Origin: an uncultured Rhodobacterales bacterium | GTDB taxonomy: Bacteria; Pseudomonadota; Alphaproteobacteria; Rhodobacterales; Rhodobacteraceae | Assembly: GCA_964352105.1 (NCBI GenBank) | Contig: CAYGQQ010000002.1 | Location: 7,857-71,856, forward strand | Direction: 5' to 3' | DNA: 64,000 bases | In this document: in pieces, positions 31,493 through 42,257 of the stretch | Layout of the letters: the number at the start of each line of letters is the position of its first letter | How positions within the stretch are numbered: position 1 is the stretch's first letter | Notes under the pieces: generated by a model | Databases searched by the model: none | What the model saw: the letters and a program-made list of their open reading frames with translations, nothing else | Told to the model about the DNA's origin: nothing | Program-made: the position numbers and the translations under genes

Positions 31493-31516
31493 AACGGGCC
31501 GCGCGCCCGTTTTTTT
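31493..31516 (+). terminator. intrinsic terminator / attenuator hairpin in the rimP-nusA-infB leader
   Basis: AACGGGC-CGCGC-GCCCGTT followed by a T-run (7 consecutive T from 31510). It lies 25 nt upstream of the rimP ATG, with no plus-strand gene upstream to terminate. Confidence 0.55.
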
Positions 31517-31540
31517 ATGCTCTGACGCTATACGAGATCT

Positions 31541-32113
31541 ATGACTGACCTGATCGCCAAAGCTGCTATCGACCGCCGTCTGGCCGAGATTACCCAACCC
31601 ATTATCGAGGGTCTGGGCTATGAGCTGGTGCGCTTGCGTCTGATGGGCGGAAAGACAGATATCCTGCAAATCATGGCTGAAAAGCCAGAAGGCGGGATTG
31701 AGGTCGACGACTGCGCGAAGATTTCCACGGCAGTTTCCGCCGTTCTGGATGTCGAGGACCCGATTGTTGATGAATACAATCTTGAGGTCTCTAGCCCTGG
31801 GATCGACCGCCCACTGACACGGCTGAAAGACTTCGACATGTGGGAAGGCTATGAGGCCAAGATCGAAACCGACGAGCTGATTGACGGCCGTCGTCGCTTC
31901 AAAGGCCAATTGGCTGGCACCGAAGGTGATGAGGTGTTGATCACCATCGAAGAAGGCACGATCGGGCTGAAATTCGACTGGCTCACAGATGCGAAGCTTG
32001 TGCTGACCGACGAGCTGATCCGCGACGTATTAAAGTCCCGCAAAGATGCGGGCGATATTGACGAAACCCAATTCGACGAAGTTCAAACTATCGTTGATGG
32101 CGAAGGAGAATAA
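31541..32113 (+). CDS. rimP: ribosome maturation factor RimP
   Basis: RimP-like sequence ([11 protein letters not shown]...[12 protein letters not shown]) in the position immediately upstream of nusA. Confidence 0.93.
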   Translation: MTDLIAKAAIDRRLAEITQPIIEGLGYELVRLRLMGGKTDILQIMAEKPEGGIEVDDCAKISTAVSAVLDVEDPIVDEYNLEVSSPGIDRPLTRLKDFDMWEGYEAKIETDELIDGRRRFKGQLAGTEGDEVLITIEEGTIGLKFDWLTDAKLVLTDELIRDVLKSRKDAGDIDETQFDEVQTIVDGEGE

Positions 32114-32116
32114 GAC

Positions 32117-33739
32117 ATGGCAATCACATCAGCCAACCAGCTGGAACTGCTGCAAACCGCCGAGGCCGTCGCCCGCGAAAAGATGATCGATCCTGAACTG
32201 GTGATCGAAGCGATGGAAGAAAGCCTCGCGCGCGCTGCAAAGTCTCGCTACGGCGCGGAGCTGGACATTCGTGTGTCCATCGACCGCAAGACCGGCAAAG
32301 CCACCTTCACCCGCGTGCGCACGGTTGTTGAAGAGGAAGAGCTGGAGAACCACTCTGCCGAGCTGACCGTTGAGCAAGCCAAACAATATAAAGACGACGC
32401 TGCCATTGGCGACGAGCTGATCGACGAAGTGCCGCCTGTGGAAATGGGCCGGATCGCGGCGCAATCCGCCAAGCAAGTGATCTTGCAGAAGGTTCGCGAA
32501 GCAGAGCGTGATCGTCAGTACGAAGAGTTCAAGGATCGTGCAGGCACCATCATCAATGGTCTGGTCAAGCGCGAAGAATATGGCAACGTCATCGTTGATA
32601 TCGGTCGTGGTGAAGCAATTCTGCGCCGTAACGAGAAGATCGGCCGGGAAGCCTATCGCCCGAATGATCGTATTCGCGTCTACATCAAGGATGTGCGCCG
32701 CGAGCCACGCGGGCCTCAGATTTTTCTGAGCCGGACCGACCCGCAATTCATGGCGGAGCTGTTCAAGATGGAGGTGCCAGAGATCTATGATGGCATCATT
32801 GAGATCAAAGCGGTTGCCCGTGATCCCGGATCCCGCGCGAAGATTGCCGTGATTTCCTATGACAACTCCATCGACCCCGTTGGGGCGTGTGTTGGTATGC
32901 GTGGTTCCCGCGTGCAAGCTGTTGTGAACGAGCTTCAGGGCGAGAAAATCGACATCATCCCGTGGAACGAAGACCAACCGACATTCCTTGTGAACGCGCT
33001 GCAACCTGCGGAAGTCTCCAAGGTGGTTCTGGATGAAGAAGCCGAGCGTATTGAGGTTGTTGTTCCAGAAGAGCAGCTTTCCCTTGCCATCGGTCGTCGC
33101 GGTCAAAACGTTCGTTTGGCATCGCAGCTGACCGGTCTCGATATCGACATCATGACCGAAGAAGAAGAAAGCGCCCGTCGTCAGGCGGAATTCGAAGAGC
33201 GCACCAAGCTGTTCATGGATACGCTCGATCTGGATGAATTCTTCGCCCAGCTTCTGGTGTCCGAAGGCTTCACGTCTCTGGAAGAGGTTGCCTACGTTGA
33301 AGTGGACGAGCTGCTGGTCATCGACGGCGTTGACGAAGACACCGCATCCGAGCTGCAAGCCCGTGCCCGTGACTTCCTGGAAGCCCAGAACAAGAAAGCG
33401 CTTGAGCATGCCCGCGAGTTGGGTGTCGAAGACAGCCTCGTGAACTTTGAGGGCCTGACACCGCAAATGGTGGAAGCGCTGGCAGAAGATGACGTGAAAA
33501 CCTTGGAAGACTTTGCGACTTGTGCCGACTGGGAACTGGCCGGTGGCTGGACAACCGTCAACGGAGAACGCGTGAAGGATGACGGTGTTCTGGAGAAATT
33601 TGACGTTTCCCTCGAAGAGGCGCAAAATCTGGTCATGACAGCACGTATTCAACTTGGCTGGGTAGACCCGGCAGATCTGGTCTCGGAAGAGGAAGAGACA
33701 GACGAAGACGGTGAAGCCAATACGGAGGTCGAGGCCTGA
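32117..33739 (+). CDS. nusA: transcription termination/antitermination factor NusA
   Basis: N-terminal domain, S1, two KH domains (GACVGMRGSRVQAV, IGRRGQNVRLASQL) and an acidic C-terminal repeat region; 540 aa. Confidence 0.97.
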   Translation: MAITSANQLELLQTAEAVAREKMIDPELVIEAMEESLARAAKSRYGAELDIRVSIDRKTGKATFTRVRTVVEEEELENHSAELTVEQAKQYKDDAAIGDELIDEVPPVEMGRIAAQSAKQVILQKVREAERDRQYEEFKDRAGTIINGLVKREEYGNVIVDIGRGEAILRRNEKIGREAYRPNDRIRVYIKDVRREPRGPQIFLSRTDPQFMAELFKMEVPEIYDGIIEIKAVARDPGSRAKIAVISYDNSIDPVGACVGMRGSRVQAVVNELQGEKIDIIPWNEDQPTFLVNALQPAEVSKVVLDEEAERIEVVVPEEQLSLAIGRRGQNVRLASQLTGLDIDIMTEEEESARRQAEFEERTKLFMDTLDLDEFFAQLLVSEGFTSLEEVAYVEVDELLVIDGVDEDTASELQARARDFLEAQNKKALEHARELGVEDSLVNFEGLTPQMVEALAEDDVKTLEDFATCADWELAGGWTTVNGERVKDDGVLEKFDVSLEEAQNLVMTARIQLGWVDPADLVSEEEETDEDGEANTEVEA

Positions 33740-33763
33740 TCTCAGGCCTCGAGGATCCGGGCT

Positions 33764-34402
33764 ATGAGCCGCGGCGGTCGAGATAAAGAAACGAACGGAC
33801 CAGAGCGACGCTGTATCGCAACGGCGGAGCTGCGTGATCCTTCGGAGATGATCCGGTTCGTGATCGGACCAGACGGTCAAGCGGTTGCCGATGTGTACGG
33901 CAAGCTACCAGGGCGGGGCATGTGGGTCAGCGCCAACACGGACGCCCTGGCGGATGCGATCAAGAAGAACGCGTTTTCGCGCTCTGCAAAGACGCAGGTT
34001 ACCGTGCCCGAAGGGTTGTTCGCACAGACTGAGGCCGCGATTGCGAGGCGCTTGGTCGATATGATTTCGCTGGCGCGTAAGGCGGGCCAAGCGGTCTGCG
34101 GGTTCGAGAAGGTAAAAGGCTGGCTGGAAACAGATCGCGCACGCGTTTTGATACAAGCCAGTGACGGGTCAGAGCGTGGCAAAGGCAAGCTGCACTCTCC
34201 GCCCGGAAAAGATGTTTTTGTTGGCTGTTTGACCGCTCAGGAATTGGGTTTGGCATTCGGCCGGGAAAGTGTGATACATGGCGCCTTAACGGCGGGTGGA
34301 CTCAGCAAGCAGGTAATTGCTGAAGCAAAACGCCTCAGAGGTGTCCGAGTGACAAGTGGTGGATCCTCCACCCGAAAGGAAAAGACGACGCATGAGCGAT
34401 AG
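33764..34402 (+). CDS. ylxR: YlxR (DUF448) RNA-binding domain fused to an L7Ae/YlxQ-like domain
   Basis: RRCIATAE...MIRFV...[12 protein letters not shown] (YlxR motif), then [35 protein letters not shown] (L7Ae-like). Sits between nusA and infB. Confidence 0.85.
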   Translation: MSRGGRDKETNGPERRCIATAELRDPSEMIRFVIGPDGQAVADVYGKLPGRGMWVSANTDALADAIKKNAFSRSAKTQVTVPEGLFAQTEAAIARRLVDMISLARKAGQAVCGFEKVKGWLETDRARVLIQASDGSERGKGKLHSPPGKDVFVGCLTAQELGLAFGRESVIHGALTAGGLSKQVIAEAKRLRGVRVTSGGSSTRKEKTTHER

Positions 34403-36881
34403 TGACGGCAAAAAGACTTTGGGTGTACGTGGGCCCGGCGCAGGGCGCCCAGGAAACGTGAAGCAGAGCTTCAGCCACGGGCGGACCAAAAACGTCGTGG
34501 TGGAAACGAAACGCAAGCGCGTTGTCGTACCCAAGCCTGGTGGGGCAAAGCCAAGCGTGACAGGTAGCCCGCAGGTTGGAGATCCTTCCAAGCGTCCAGC
34601 AGGCATTTCAGATGCGGAACTTGATCGCCGGATGAAGGCGCTGAAGGCGGCCAAGGCTCAAGAAGAAGAAGATGCGGTTCGCCGCGCTGAGGAAGAAAAG
34701 CAGCGTGCTGAAGATCGCGAACGCCGCCGTGCCGAAGCCGACGCAAAGGAACGTGAAGAGAAAGAGCGCGAAGAAAGTCTGCGCCAGAAGGCCGAAGACG
34801 AAGCCCGCAAAAAACGTGAAGAAGAAGAGGCGAAGGCCCTGGCTTCTGCGGCAGCTGCGGCTCCGGGTGAGCCTGCGGTCAGTGCGCCGTCCAGCCCACG
34901 GTCTGCACCAAAACCATCGGCTGCACCACGCAATGACCGCGATGACAATGACCGCGGCAAAAAGAGCCAGCGCGATGATAGCCGCCGGTCCGGCAAGCTA
35001 ACTGTTAACCAGGCGTTGACCGGTGGCGAAGGTGGCCGTCAACGCTCCATGGCGGCGATGAAACGTAAACAGGAACGCGCGCGCCAGAAGGCGATGGGCG
35101 GCAATGTTGAGCGTGAAAAGGTCGTACGTGACGTGAAGTTGCCCGAGGCAATCGTTGTCAGCGAGCTTGCGAACCGCATGTCTGAACGTGTTGCGGATGT
35201 TGTTAAGTCCCTGATGCAGAACGGCCTAATGGTGACGCAGACGCAAACCATCGACGCCGATACTGCGGAGCTGATCATCGAAGAGTTTGGGCACAATGTC
35301 GTGCGCGTCTCGGACGCTGATGTTGAAGATGTGCTTACACTGCAAGAAGATGACGCAGGTGATTTGAAAGATCGTCCTCCGGTTATCACGGTCATGGGTC
35401 ACGTCGATCACGGTAAGACCTCTGTTCTGGATGCGATCCGGAACGCGCGTGTTGTTGCAGGGGAAGCCGGTGGCATTACCCAGCATATCGGTGCGTATCA
35501 GGTTGAGCAGGGGGGCAATAAACTGACCTTCCTTGATACGCCGGGTCACGCCGCCTTCACATCGATGCGTGCTCGCGGAGCGCAAGTTACTGATATCGTT
35601 GTGCTGGTTGTCGCCGCCGATGACGCGGTTATGCCGCAAACCATCGAGGCGATTAACCACGCCAAGGCCGCTAACGTGCCGATGATTGTTGCGATCAATA
35701 AAATCGACAAACCTGCCGCTAATCCTGACAAGGTTCGGACTGATCTGCTTCAACATGAAGTGATCGTGGAGAAAATGTCAGGTGAAGTTCAAGACGTTGA
35801 GGTTTCGGCAACGGAAGGCACTGGTCTTGATCAGCTGCTCGAGTCGATCTCGCTGCAAGCGGAAATTCTGGAGCTGAAAGCTAATCCGGATCGTGCGGCC
35901 GTTGGTGCTGTCATTGAAGCTCAACTTGATGTTGGGCGCGGGCCTGTTGCAACCGTTCTGGTTCAAAATGGCACGCTGCGCCAAGGCGATATCTTCGTTG
36001 TCGGTGAGCAATACGGTAAAGTTCGTGCGCTGATTAACGATCAGGGCGACCGCGTCAAAGAGGCGGGTCCGTCCGTTCCTGTGGAGGTTCTTGGCCTCAA
36101 CGGGACACCGGAAGCGGGCGACGTTCTAAATGTGGTTGAAACCGAAGCTCAGGCTCGTGAAATTGCCGAATACCGAGAGAAAGCTGCGAAAGACAAACGC
36201 GCGGCAGCCGGTGCGGCGACGACGCTTGAGCAGTTGATGGCGAAGGCCAAAGACGACGAGAATGTCACCGAGATGCCAATTCTGGTGAAAGCCGATGTGC
36301 AGGGCTCTGCTGAGGCGATCAATCAGGCGATGGAAAAGATCGGCAATGACGAGGTCCGCGTGCGGGTTCTGCACTCCGGTGTTGGTGCGATCACGGAAAG
36401 CGACATTGGTCTGGCTGAAGCCTCCGGCGCGCCGGTGTTTGGCTTTAACGTGCGGGCGAATGCCTCCGCGCGGAACACGGCTAACCAGAAGGGTATCGAG
36501 ATCCGCTACTACTCGGTCATCTATGACCTTGTGGACGACGTGAAAGCGGCGGCCTCCGGCCTGCTGTCCAACGCGATCAAAGAAAACTTCATCGGGTACG
36601 CGACAATCAAAGAGGTCTTCAAGGTCACAGGCGTCGGCAAAGTTGCGGGCTGTCTGGTCACTGAAGGCGTCGCTCGTAGGTCCGCTGGTGTTCGTTTGCT
36701 GCGCGACAACACCGTGATCCACGAAGGGACGCTGAAAACTCTGAAGCGCTTCAAGGATGAGGTGGCAGAGGTTCAGTCCGGTCAGGAATGCGGTATGGCG
36801 TTTGAGGCCTATGACGATATCCGACCCGATGACGTGATCGAGATCTTCGAGCGAGAAGAGGTCGTACGTAACCTCGACTAA
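34392..36881 (+). CDS. infB: translation initiation factor IF-2
   Basis: G domain GHVDHGKTS / DTPGH / NKID with a charged low-complexity N-terminus. Start set at ATG 34392 (MSDSDGKK...), overlapping the ylxR end by 11 nt; the track ORF starts at 34356. Confidence 0.97.
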   Translation: MSDSDGKKTLGVRGPGAGRPGNVKQSFSHGRTKNVVVETKRKRVVVPKPGGAKPSVTGSPQVGDPSKRPAGISDAELDRRMKALKAAKAQEEEDAVRRAEEEKQRAEDRERRRAEADAKEREEKEREESLRQKAEDEARKKREEEEAKALASAAAAAPGEPAVSAPSSPRSAPKPSAAPRNDRDDNDRGKKSQRDDSRRSGKLTVNQALTGGEGGRQRSMAAMKRKQERARQKAMGGNVEREKVVRDVKLPEAIVVSELANRMSERVADVVKSLMQNGLMVTQTQTIDADTAELIIEEFGHNVVRVSDADVEDVLTLQEDDAGDLKDRPPVITVMGHVDHGKTSVLDAIRNARVVAGEAGGITQHIGAYQVEQGGNKLTFLDTPGHAAFTSMRARGAQVTDIVVLVVAADDAVMPQTIEAINHAKAANVPMIVAINKIDKPAANPDKVRTDLLQHEVIVEKMSGEVQDVEVSATEGTGLDQLLESISLQAEILELKANPDRAAVGAVIEAQLDVGRGPVATVLVQNGTLRQGDIFVVGEQYGKVRALINDQGDRVKEAGPSVPVEVLGLNGTPEAGDVLNVVETEAQAREIAEYREKAAKDKRAAAGAATTLEQLMAKAKDDENVTEMPILVKADVQGSAEAINQAMEKIGNDEVRVRVLHSGVGAITESDIGLAEASGAPVFGFNVRANASARNTANQKGIEIRYYSVIYDLVDDVKAAASGLLSNAIKENFIGYATIKEVFKVTGVGKVAGCLVTEGVARRSAGVRLLRDNTVIHEGTLKTLKRFKDEVAEVQSGQECGMAFEAYDDIRPDDVIEIFEREEVVRNLD

Positions 36882-36887
36882 GAATTC

Positions 36888-36921
36888 AAAAGCCCCGGCC
36901 ACCGCGCCGGGGTTTTTTTTT
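36888..36921 (+). terminator. rho-independent terminator of the nusA-infB operon
   Basis: CCCCGGC-CACCGC-GCCGGGG followed by nine T, starting 7 nt after the infB stop. Confidence 0.88.
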
Positions 36922-36963
36922 GACCATCCTGCTTATATAGCTTGGTAAACAAGGAGCGCAGGC

Positions 36964-37518
36964 ATGAGTGACACAGATTTCCCCGGTTGGCATGGCACGA
37001 CGATCATTGGTGTTCGAAAGGGCGGCAAGGTTGTTATCGCGGGTGATGGGCAGGTCAGCCTTGGCCAGACCGTGATCAAAGGCACTGCCAAGAAGGTACG
37101 GCGTTTGAAACCGGGTGGGATGGACGTGGTCGCGGGGTTTGCGGGATCAACCGCTGACGCGTTTACCTTGCTGGAGCGGCTGGAGGCCAAGCTTGAGGCA
37201 ACGCCCGGACAATTAGCGCGCGCCGCTGTGGAGCTGGCGAAAGACTGGCGTATGGACAAATACCTCAAGAACCTTGAGGCGATGCTGATCGTGACAGATG
37301 GCAAGGATTTGTTCGTGATCACCGGTGCCGGAGACGTGCTAGAACCAGAACATGATGTTACGGCCATTGGTTCCGGCGGAAACTACGCTTTGGCGGCGGC
37401 GCGGGCCTTGATGGATACCGATCTTGGGGCCGAAGAAGTCGCCCGCAAGGCAATGGCCATTGCGAGCGATATTTGTGTCTATACCAACGGCAATCTTACC
37501 GTTGAGGAAATTGGTTAG
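36964..37518 (+). CDS. hslV: ATP-dependent protease subunit HslV
   Basis: [23 protein letters not shown]... with a proteasome beta-type fold signature; 184 aa. Confidence 0.95.
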   Translation: MSDTDFPGWHGTTIIGVRKGGKVVIAGDGQVSLGQTVIKGTAKKVRRLKPGGMDVVAGFAGSTADAFTLLERLEAKLEATPGQLARAAVELAKDWRMDKYLKNLEAMLIVTDGKDLFVITGAGDVLEPEHDVTAIGSGGNYALAAARALMDTDLGAEEVARKAMAIASDICVYTNGNLTVEEIG

Positions 37519-37907
37519 CCCAGCTCAGCAACACCGAGCGGTACGTTGAACTTCTCGCACCAGATCCAGACTTCGTTGTAGTCATCGGGGTCGATGCCCG
37601 CTGGCAGCTTGTAAGAAGACGCGCCAGTGTTGGAGGTCAGCTTACCGCTGAGTGTGGCGGGGTCATATTTCCCGTCCTTGCCCAGCGCCACTTTCGGATC
37701 TGGCGCACCGTCAAAGGTGAAGTCGCTCAAAAGCTCGACAACACCGCCTTTGCCGCTTTTAACAAGCTCGGCACGTCCGGTTGTCGTGTGATTGCTCAGG
37801 CCTTTGAATTCGCCGATACGGCCATGACCGCCAGCAAATACCGGGGCACCAAAGGCCACCAATGGGGTTACAGCGATGGCTGTTTTAAGAAGTGTGCGAC
37901 GGTTCAT
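37515..37907 (-). CDS. DM13 domain-containing exported protein
   Basis: Tat/Sec-like signal [27 protein letters not shown]13-like body ([18 protein letters not shown]...[14 protein letters not shown]...[13 protein letters not shown]). Confidence 0.8.
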   Translation of the reverse strand: MNRRTLLKTAIAVTPLVAFGAPVFAGGHGRIGEFKGLSNHTTTGRAELVKSGKGGVVELLSDFTFDGAPDPKVALGKDGKYDPATLSGKLTSNTGASSYKLPAGIDPDDYNEVWIWCEKFNVPLGVAELG

Positions 37908-38063
37908 AGAACTCTCCATGGTTGTTGTTGGCAGAGTATTGTCCGTAAAACTGCGCAGGAATAGCCCGTATCACGCGAATGTAACCGTCCGTGACAGAGG
38001 CACTTGCGTTTCGTGGCGCAACGCATAAGTCTCTTCCAACACTCATGTTAAGGATTTTGCCCT

Positions 38064-39374
38064 GTGACTGACCTTACCCCGCGCGAGATTGTCTCTGAAC
38101 TTGACCGGTTCATCATTGGTCAAAAGGATGCCAAGCGTGCTGTGGCGGTTGCATTGCGGAACCGGTGGCGGCGAAAGCAACTTTCCGACAATCTGCGCGA
38201 CGAGGTTTATCCTAAAAACATTCTGATGATCGGGCCAACTGGTGTCGGCAAGACGGAGATTTCGCGCAGGCTGGCAAAACTCGCCAAAGCACCGTTTCTA
38301 AAAATCGAGGCCACGAAATTTACCGAAGTAGGCTATGTCGGGCGCGATGTGGAACAGATCATCCGTGATCTTGTTGATGCGGCCATTCTGATGGTGCGCG
38401 AACAGATGCGCGAAGATGTCAAAGCAGCAGCTCATGAGGCTGCTGAAACCCGGGTCATCGAAGCACTCGCAGGACCCGACGCACGTGAACAAACCCGGGA
38501 GATGTTTCGCAAGAAGCTGCGGGACGGTTTGCTGGACGATAAGGAAATTGAACTGGAGGTCGCCGATACCTCCAACCCGTTTCAGATGTTTGAAATGCCA
38601 GGGCAGCAGCCCGGCCAAAGCGGCGGCATGATGAACCTTGGTGACATGTTCGGCAAAGCCATGGGCGGACGCACCACCAAGCGCAAATTGAAGGTGTCGG
38701 AAAGCTACGAAGTGCTGATCGCCGATGAGGCGGACAAGCTTCTGGATCAGGAAACCATCACGGCGGCTGCGATTGAAGCCGTGGAGCAGAACGGCATCGT
38801 TTTCCTGGATGAAATCGACAAGGTCTGCGCGCGGGCGGATGCGCGTGGTGCCGATGTCAGCCGCGAAGGTGTGCAGCGGGATTTGTTGCCGTTGATCGAG
38901 GGCACAACCGTTTCAACCAAGCATGGGCCCGTGAAAACAGATCATGTGTTGTTCATTGGCTCCGGTGCATTTCATATTGCCAAGCCGTCTGATTTGCTGC
39001 CTGAGCTTCAAGGCCGCTTACCGATCCGGGTGGAGCTGCGCGCCTTGACCGAGGAAGACTTCGTGCGGATTCTCACGGAGACCGATAACGCGCTGACCTT
39101 GCAATACACCGCCTTGATGAAGACCGAAGAGGTCACCGTCACCTTCACTGAGGATGGCATCGCGGCGCTGGCCAAAATCGCCGCTGACGTAAACCAGAGC
39201 GTAGAGAATATCGGGGCGCGCAGGCTTTACACCGTGATGGAGCGCGTGTTCGAAGAGCTTAGCTTCAACGCGCCGGATAAGGCCGGGGAACAGATTGTCC
39301 TGAACGCCGAATTTGTCGAGCAGAACCTTGGCGAGCTGAGCCGGTCCGCAGACCTAAGCAGATACGTCCTTTAG
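38064..39374 (+). CDS. hslU: ATP-dependent protease ATPase subunit HslU
   Basis: [33 protein letters not shown] and Walker [10 protein letters not shown]; 436 aa; GTG start. Confidence 0.97.
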   Translation: MTDLTPREIVSELDRFIIGQKDAKRAVAVALRNRWRRKQLSDNLRDEVYPKNILMIGPTGVGKTEISRRLAKLAKAPFLKIEATKFTEVGYVGRDVEQIIRDLVDAAILMVREQMREDVKAAAHEAAETRVIEALAGPDAREQTREMFRKKLRDGLLDDKEIELEVADTSNPFQMFEMPGQQPGQSGGMMNLGDMFGKAMGGRTTKRKLKVSESYEVLIADEADKLLDQETITAAAIEAVEQNGIVFLDEIDKVCARADARGADVSREGVQRDLLPLIEGTTVSTKHGPVKTDHVLFIGSGAFHIAKPSDLLPELQGRLPIRVELRALTEEDFVRILTETDNALTLQYTALMKTEEVTVTFTEDGIAALAKIAADVNQSVENIGARRLYTVMERVFEELSFNAPDKAGEQIVLNAEFVEQNLGELSRSADLSRYVL

Positions 39375-39417
39375 AATACGGTATCGTGCCGCACAGATAA
39401 GCGCTAGCACGGAGCGT

Positions 39418-40641
39418 ATGGACACGCTCAATTTCATCCGCGGTAATTTCCGCTGGCTCCTGGCCGGGATGCTTTTGACGTTTACGTCCTCGTTTGGACA
39501 GACCTTCTTCATCTCCGTCTTTGCCGGTGAAATCCAAGCCGCGTTCGGGCTAAGCCATGCCGCGTGGGGCGGTATCTACATGATCGGCACGCTGGCCTCC
39601 GCTGCCGTCATGGTATGGGCAGGCGCTTTGACGGATCGGTTTCGCGTGCGCCAGCTCGGCGCACTGACTTTGGGACTGTTGGCCTTGGCTTGCGTGTCAA
39701 TCGCGCTGGTTCCAAGCGTATGGCTGCTGCCGCTGGTGATTTTCCTACTGCGGATTTCCGGACAAGGTATGGCGAGCCATATGGCGTCGGTCTCCATGGC
39801 GCGCTGGTTTGTTGCCGCGCGTGGCCGGGCCTTGGCAATCGCTGCTTTTGGCTACGCCATCGGAGAGGCGGTCTTGCCGATTATTTTCGTTTTGGTTCTC
39901 GGTTTTGTTGGCTGGCGATGGTCTTGGGGGATCGCGGCGGTCCTCGTCCTGGGAGTTATTCCCATCTTGATCTATCTATTGAACCAGGAACGGACACCAC
40001 AATCGACCGCGTCAGAAAATCACGCGTTGGGCATGGCCGACAGGCATTGGACGCGGGTGGAGGTTCTTCGCCACAAGTTGTTCTGGTTCTTGCTGCCGAC
40101 ACTTCTGGGTCCGTCCGCGTTTGGCACAGCGTTTTTCTTCCATCAGGTGCATTTGGCGGACATCAAGGGGTGGACCCATCTGGATATGGTCAGCCTGTTT
40201 CCGGTCTATACCGGCGTGGCTGTAATTTCGATGATGCTATCAGGGTTTGCGATTGACCGGTTCGGATCGGCTCGATTGATGCCGCTTTTCATGATCCCTT
40301 GTGCGTTCGGGTTCGCGCTGTTTTCAGTCGCAGACTCGCTTGTGATTGGTGCTGTTTCAGTTGCCGGGTTTGGGATCACGACAGGGATCAATGCCACTTT
40401 GTCCTCGGCATTCTGGGCAGAGTTCTATGGGACCAGACATATCGGTGCCATCAAAGCGATGGCTGTCGCGGTGATGGTTCTGGGGTCTGCGATCGGGCCG
40501 GGTTTAACCGGGTACTTGATCGATCTGGGATTTTTGTTTGACCAACAGCTTTTCTGGATTTCGCTCTACTACCTTTTCGCCGCGCTTGTTGCTGGTATCG
40601 GGATCAGGACAACACGACGCAGCCTTATCGCTGCCGTCTGA
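39418..40641 (+). CDS. MFS transporter
   Basis: About 12 hydrophobic segments, with an MFS-type loop motif (GALTDRFRVRQ). Confidence 0.88.
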   Translation: MDTLNFIRGNFRWLLAGMLLTFTSSFGQTFFISVFAGEIQAAFGLSHAAWGGIYMIGTLASAAVMVWAGALTDRFRVRQLGALTLGLLALACVSIALVPSVWLLPLVIFLLRISGQGMASHMASVSMARWFVAARGRALAIAAFGYAIGEAVLPIIFVLVLGFVGWRWSWGIAAVLVLGVIPILIYLLNQERTPQSTASENHALGMADRHWTRVEVLRHKLFWFLLPTLLGPSAFGTAFFFHQVHLADIKGWTHLDMVSLFPVYTGVAVISMMLSGFAIDRFGSARLMPLFMIPCAFGFALFSVADSLVIGAVSVAGFGITTGINATLSSAFWAEFYGTRHIGAIKAMAVAVMVLGSAIGPGLTGYLIDLGFLFDQQLFWISLYYLFAALVAGIGIRTTRRSLIAAV

Positions 40642-41221
40642 GATAGACGTAATAGGCCCCGCTACCACCATGTTTCAGACTGGCTTGGGAGATCTGAAGC
40701 ACCAACGGTTTAATCGGATGTTGTTGAAGCCATTGCGGGACCTGGTGTTTCAAAACGCCGATCCGCGCAGGAATAGGCCCGTCCCCCGGTTTGACCTTTC
40801 CCTTGCCAGTGATCACCAGAACCAGTCTTTTGCCAGCCGCATGCGCGCCGAGGACGAAATTCACCAAAGCCGGATGCGCCTGATCCAATGTCATGCCATG
40901 CAGGTCGATACGCCCTTCCGGGGTGATCTTGCCGCGCTTCATTTTGCCAAAGGACTTGGCATCCATCTGCACGGTGCTTGCGCCCATCGTCTCCGCAATT
41001 GATGGCGCAAGGCTGTGTGGGCTCTTGGCCGGTTTCGCAATTTCCCCAATCTTAAAATCAGTTTGCAGCGGTGTCGGCTTCTTGCGGGGTTTGGTGTTGA
41101 GAACTTTCGTGGGGTCTATAGGCTTTGCGGCTTTCGGGTGCAGCGCGTGCGCAGTATCTGTGACCTTAGACCAAAGCTCTCTTTCTTCTAGGCTTAGATG
41201 TCTGGGTTTGCGTCGTGACAT
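40625..41221 (-). CDS. Smr/MutS2-family domain protein
   Basis: Smr domain IDLHGMTLDQAHPALVNFV...LVLVITGKG. Confidence 0.85.
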   Translation of the reverse strand: MSRRKPRHLSLEERELWSKVTDTAHALHPKAAKPIDPTKVLNTKPRKKPTPLQTDFKIGEIAKPAKSPHSLAPSIAETMGASTVQMDAKSFGKMKRGKITPEGRIDLHGMTLDQAHPALVNFVLGAHAAGKRLVLVITGKGKVKPGDGPIPARIGVLKHQVPQWLQQHPIKPLVLQISQASLKHGGSGAYYVYLRRQR

Positions 41222-41225
41222 CCGG

Positions 41226-42257
41226 TTAACCCCCGGGAGCGAGAGCGAAAGCCACCTGAATGGGCATCAAAACCACCATACGGCCAGGGTCCTTGATCCG
41301 GCCTGCAACTCTGCCAGCCTTATCACCCGTTCCATAGAAAACATCCGCGCGCTGCGCGCCCTTGATGGCTGACCCGGTGTCCTGTGCAATCATCAGACGG
41401 TTCAGCGGTTGGGTCCCACCTTTTTCGATCCATACAGGTGCGCCCAGCGTCGTAAATTTCGGATCAACCGCGATGGAACGCAGCGTGGTGATGGACCTGT
41501 TCATCGCCCCTAACGGACCGCGCGACGCTGGCACTTCGGACACTTCGCGAAAGAATACGAAGGACGGGTTGTGTTGCAGAAGGTCGCGGCCAGCTTCGGG
41601 GTTGCGTCTGACCCACCGCTGGATCACCTGCGCAGAAACTTGATGTGGTTGATAGACTCCGCGGCGCACAAGTTCCTGCCCGATTGAGCGGTATTCATGG
41701 CCGTTCTTGCCCGCATATCCGACTCGAAGCGCGCCGCCCTCCGACAATTTCACCCGGCCTGAGCCTTGGATCTGCAAAAAGAAAACATCGACCGGGTCAT
41801 CGACCCAGGCAATTTCCAGACCACGGCCGCTCAGTAGGTTTTGATCCTCAATCTGTTCGCGGGAATACCACAGGACGCCGTTTTGAACCTCTGGCGGCTT
41901 GGCATAAATCGGATAGCGGTATGGCCCTTGGCGAGACCTGGAACCATTCAGTTCCGGCTCAAAATATCCGGTAAAAAGTGCTGGCTCTTCACCGCCGATC
42001 AATACCGGACGGAAGAACAGCTCAAAAAATGCTTTTGCGGAAGGCTGGCTTGTGGCCAACGCACAAAGCGACTTCCATTCCTCGTTTTCGATATCGATGC
42101 AGGTTTCTTGAAAAACTGACAGGGCCGCTTCGTGGTCGTCCTCTTCCCACCCGCGCAGGTCTTCGAATGACAATATCTCGACGGAGGGACCAGCGGCAGC
42201 ATCAGCGCTCATCAGAGCACCCAAAAGGTATGCCGCTGCCCCAAGGCCAAGTCTCAT
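41226..42257 (-). CDS. mltA: murein transglycosylase A
   Basis: MltA plus 3D domain similarity (FFLQIQGSGRV...SIAVDP...GAIKGAQRADVFYG). ATG 42257 gives a signal peptide and overlaps the upstream stop (ATGA). Confidence 0.9.
   Translation of the reverse strand: MRLGLGAAAYLLGALMSADAAAGPSVEILSFEDLRGWEEDDHEAALSVFQETCIDIENEEWKSLCALATSQPSAKAFFELFFRPVLIGGEEPALFTGYFEPELNGSRSRQGPYRYPIYAKPPEVQNGVLWYSREQIEDQNLLSGRGLEIAWVDDPVDVFFLQIQGSGRVKLSEGGALRVGYAGKNGHEYRSIGQELVRRGVYQPHQVSAQVIQRWVRRNPEAGRDLLQHNPSFVFFREVSEVPASRGPLGAMNRSITTLRSIAVDPKFTTLGAPVWIEKGGTQPLNRLMIAQDTGSAIKGAQRADVFYGTGDKAGRVAGRIKDPGRMVVLMPIQVAFALAPGG

Noticed and set aside
32129-33880. A 583-codon ORF on the minus strand spanning the whole of nusA.
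   Set aside because: It lies entirely antisense to a confidently identified essential gene. Its product is low-information and rich in L, F, H, D, Q, G and R. It has no RBS or independent boundaries. A long open antisense frame is expected when the sense gene avoids TTA, CTA and TCA codons. I treat it as a shadow ORF, though its length is notable.
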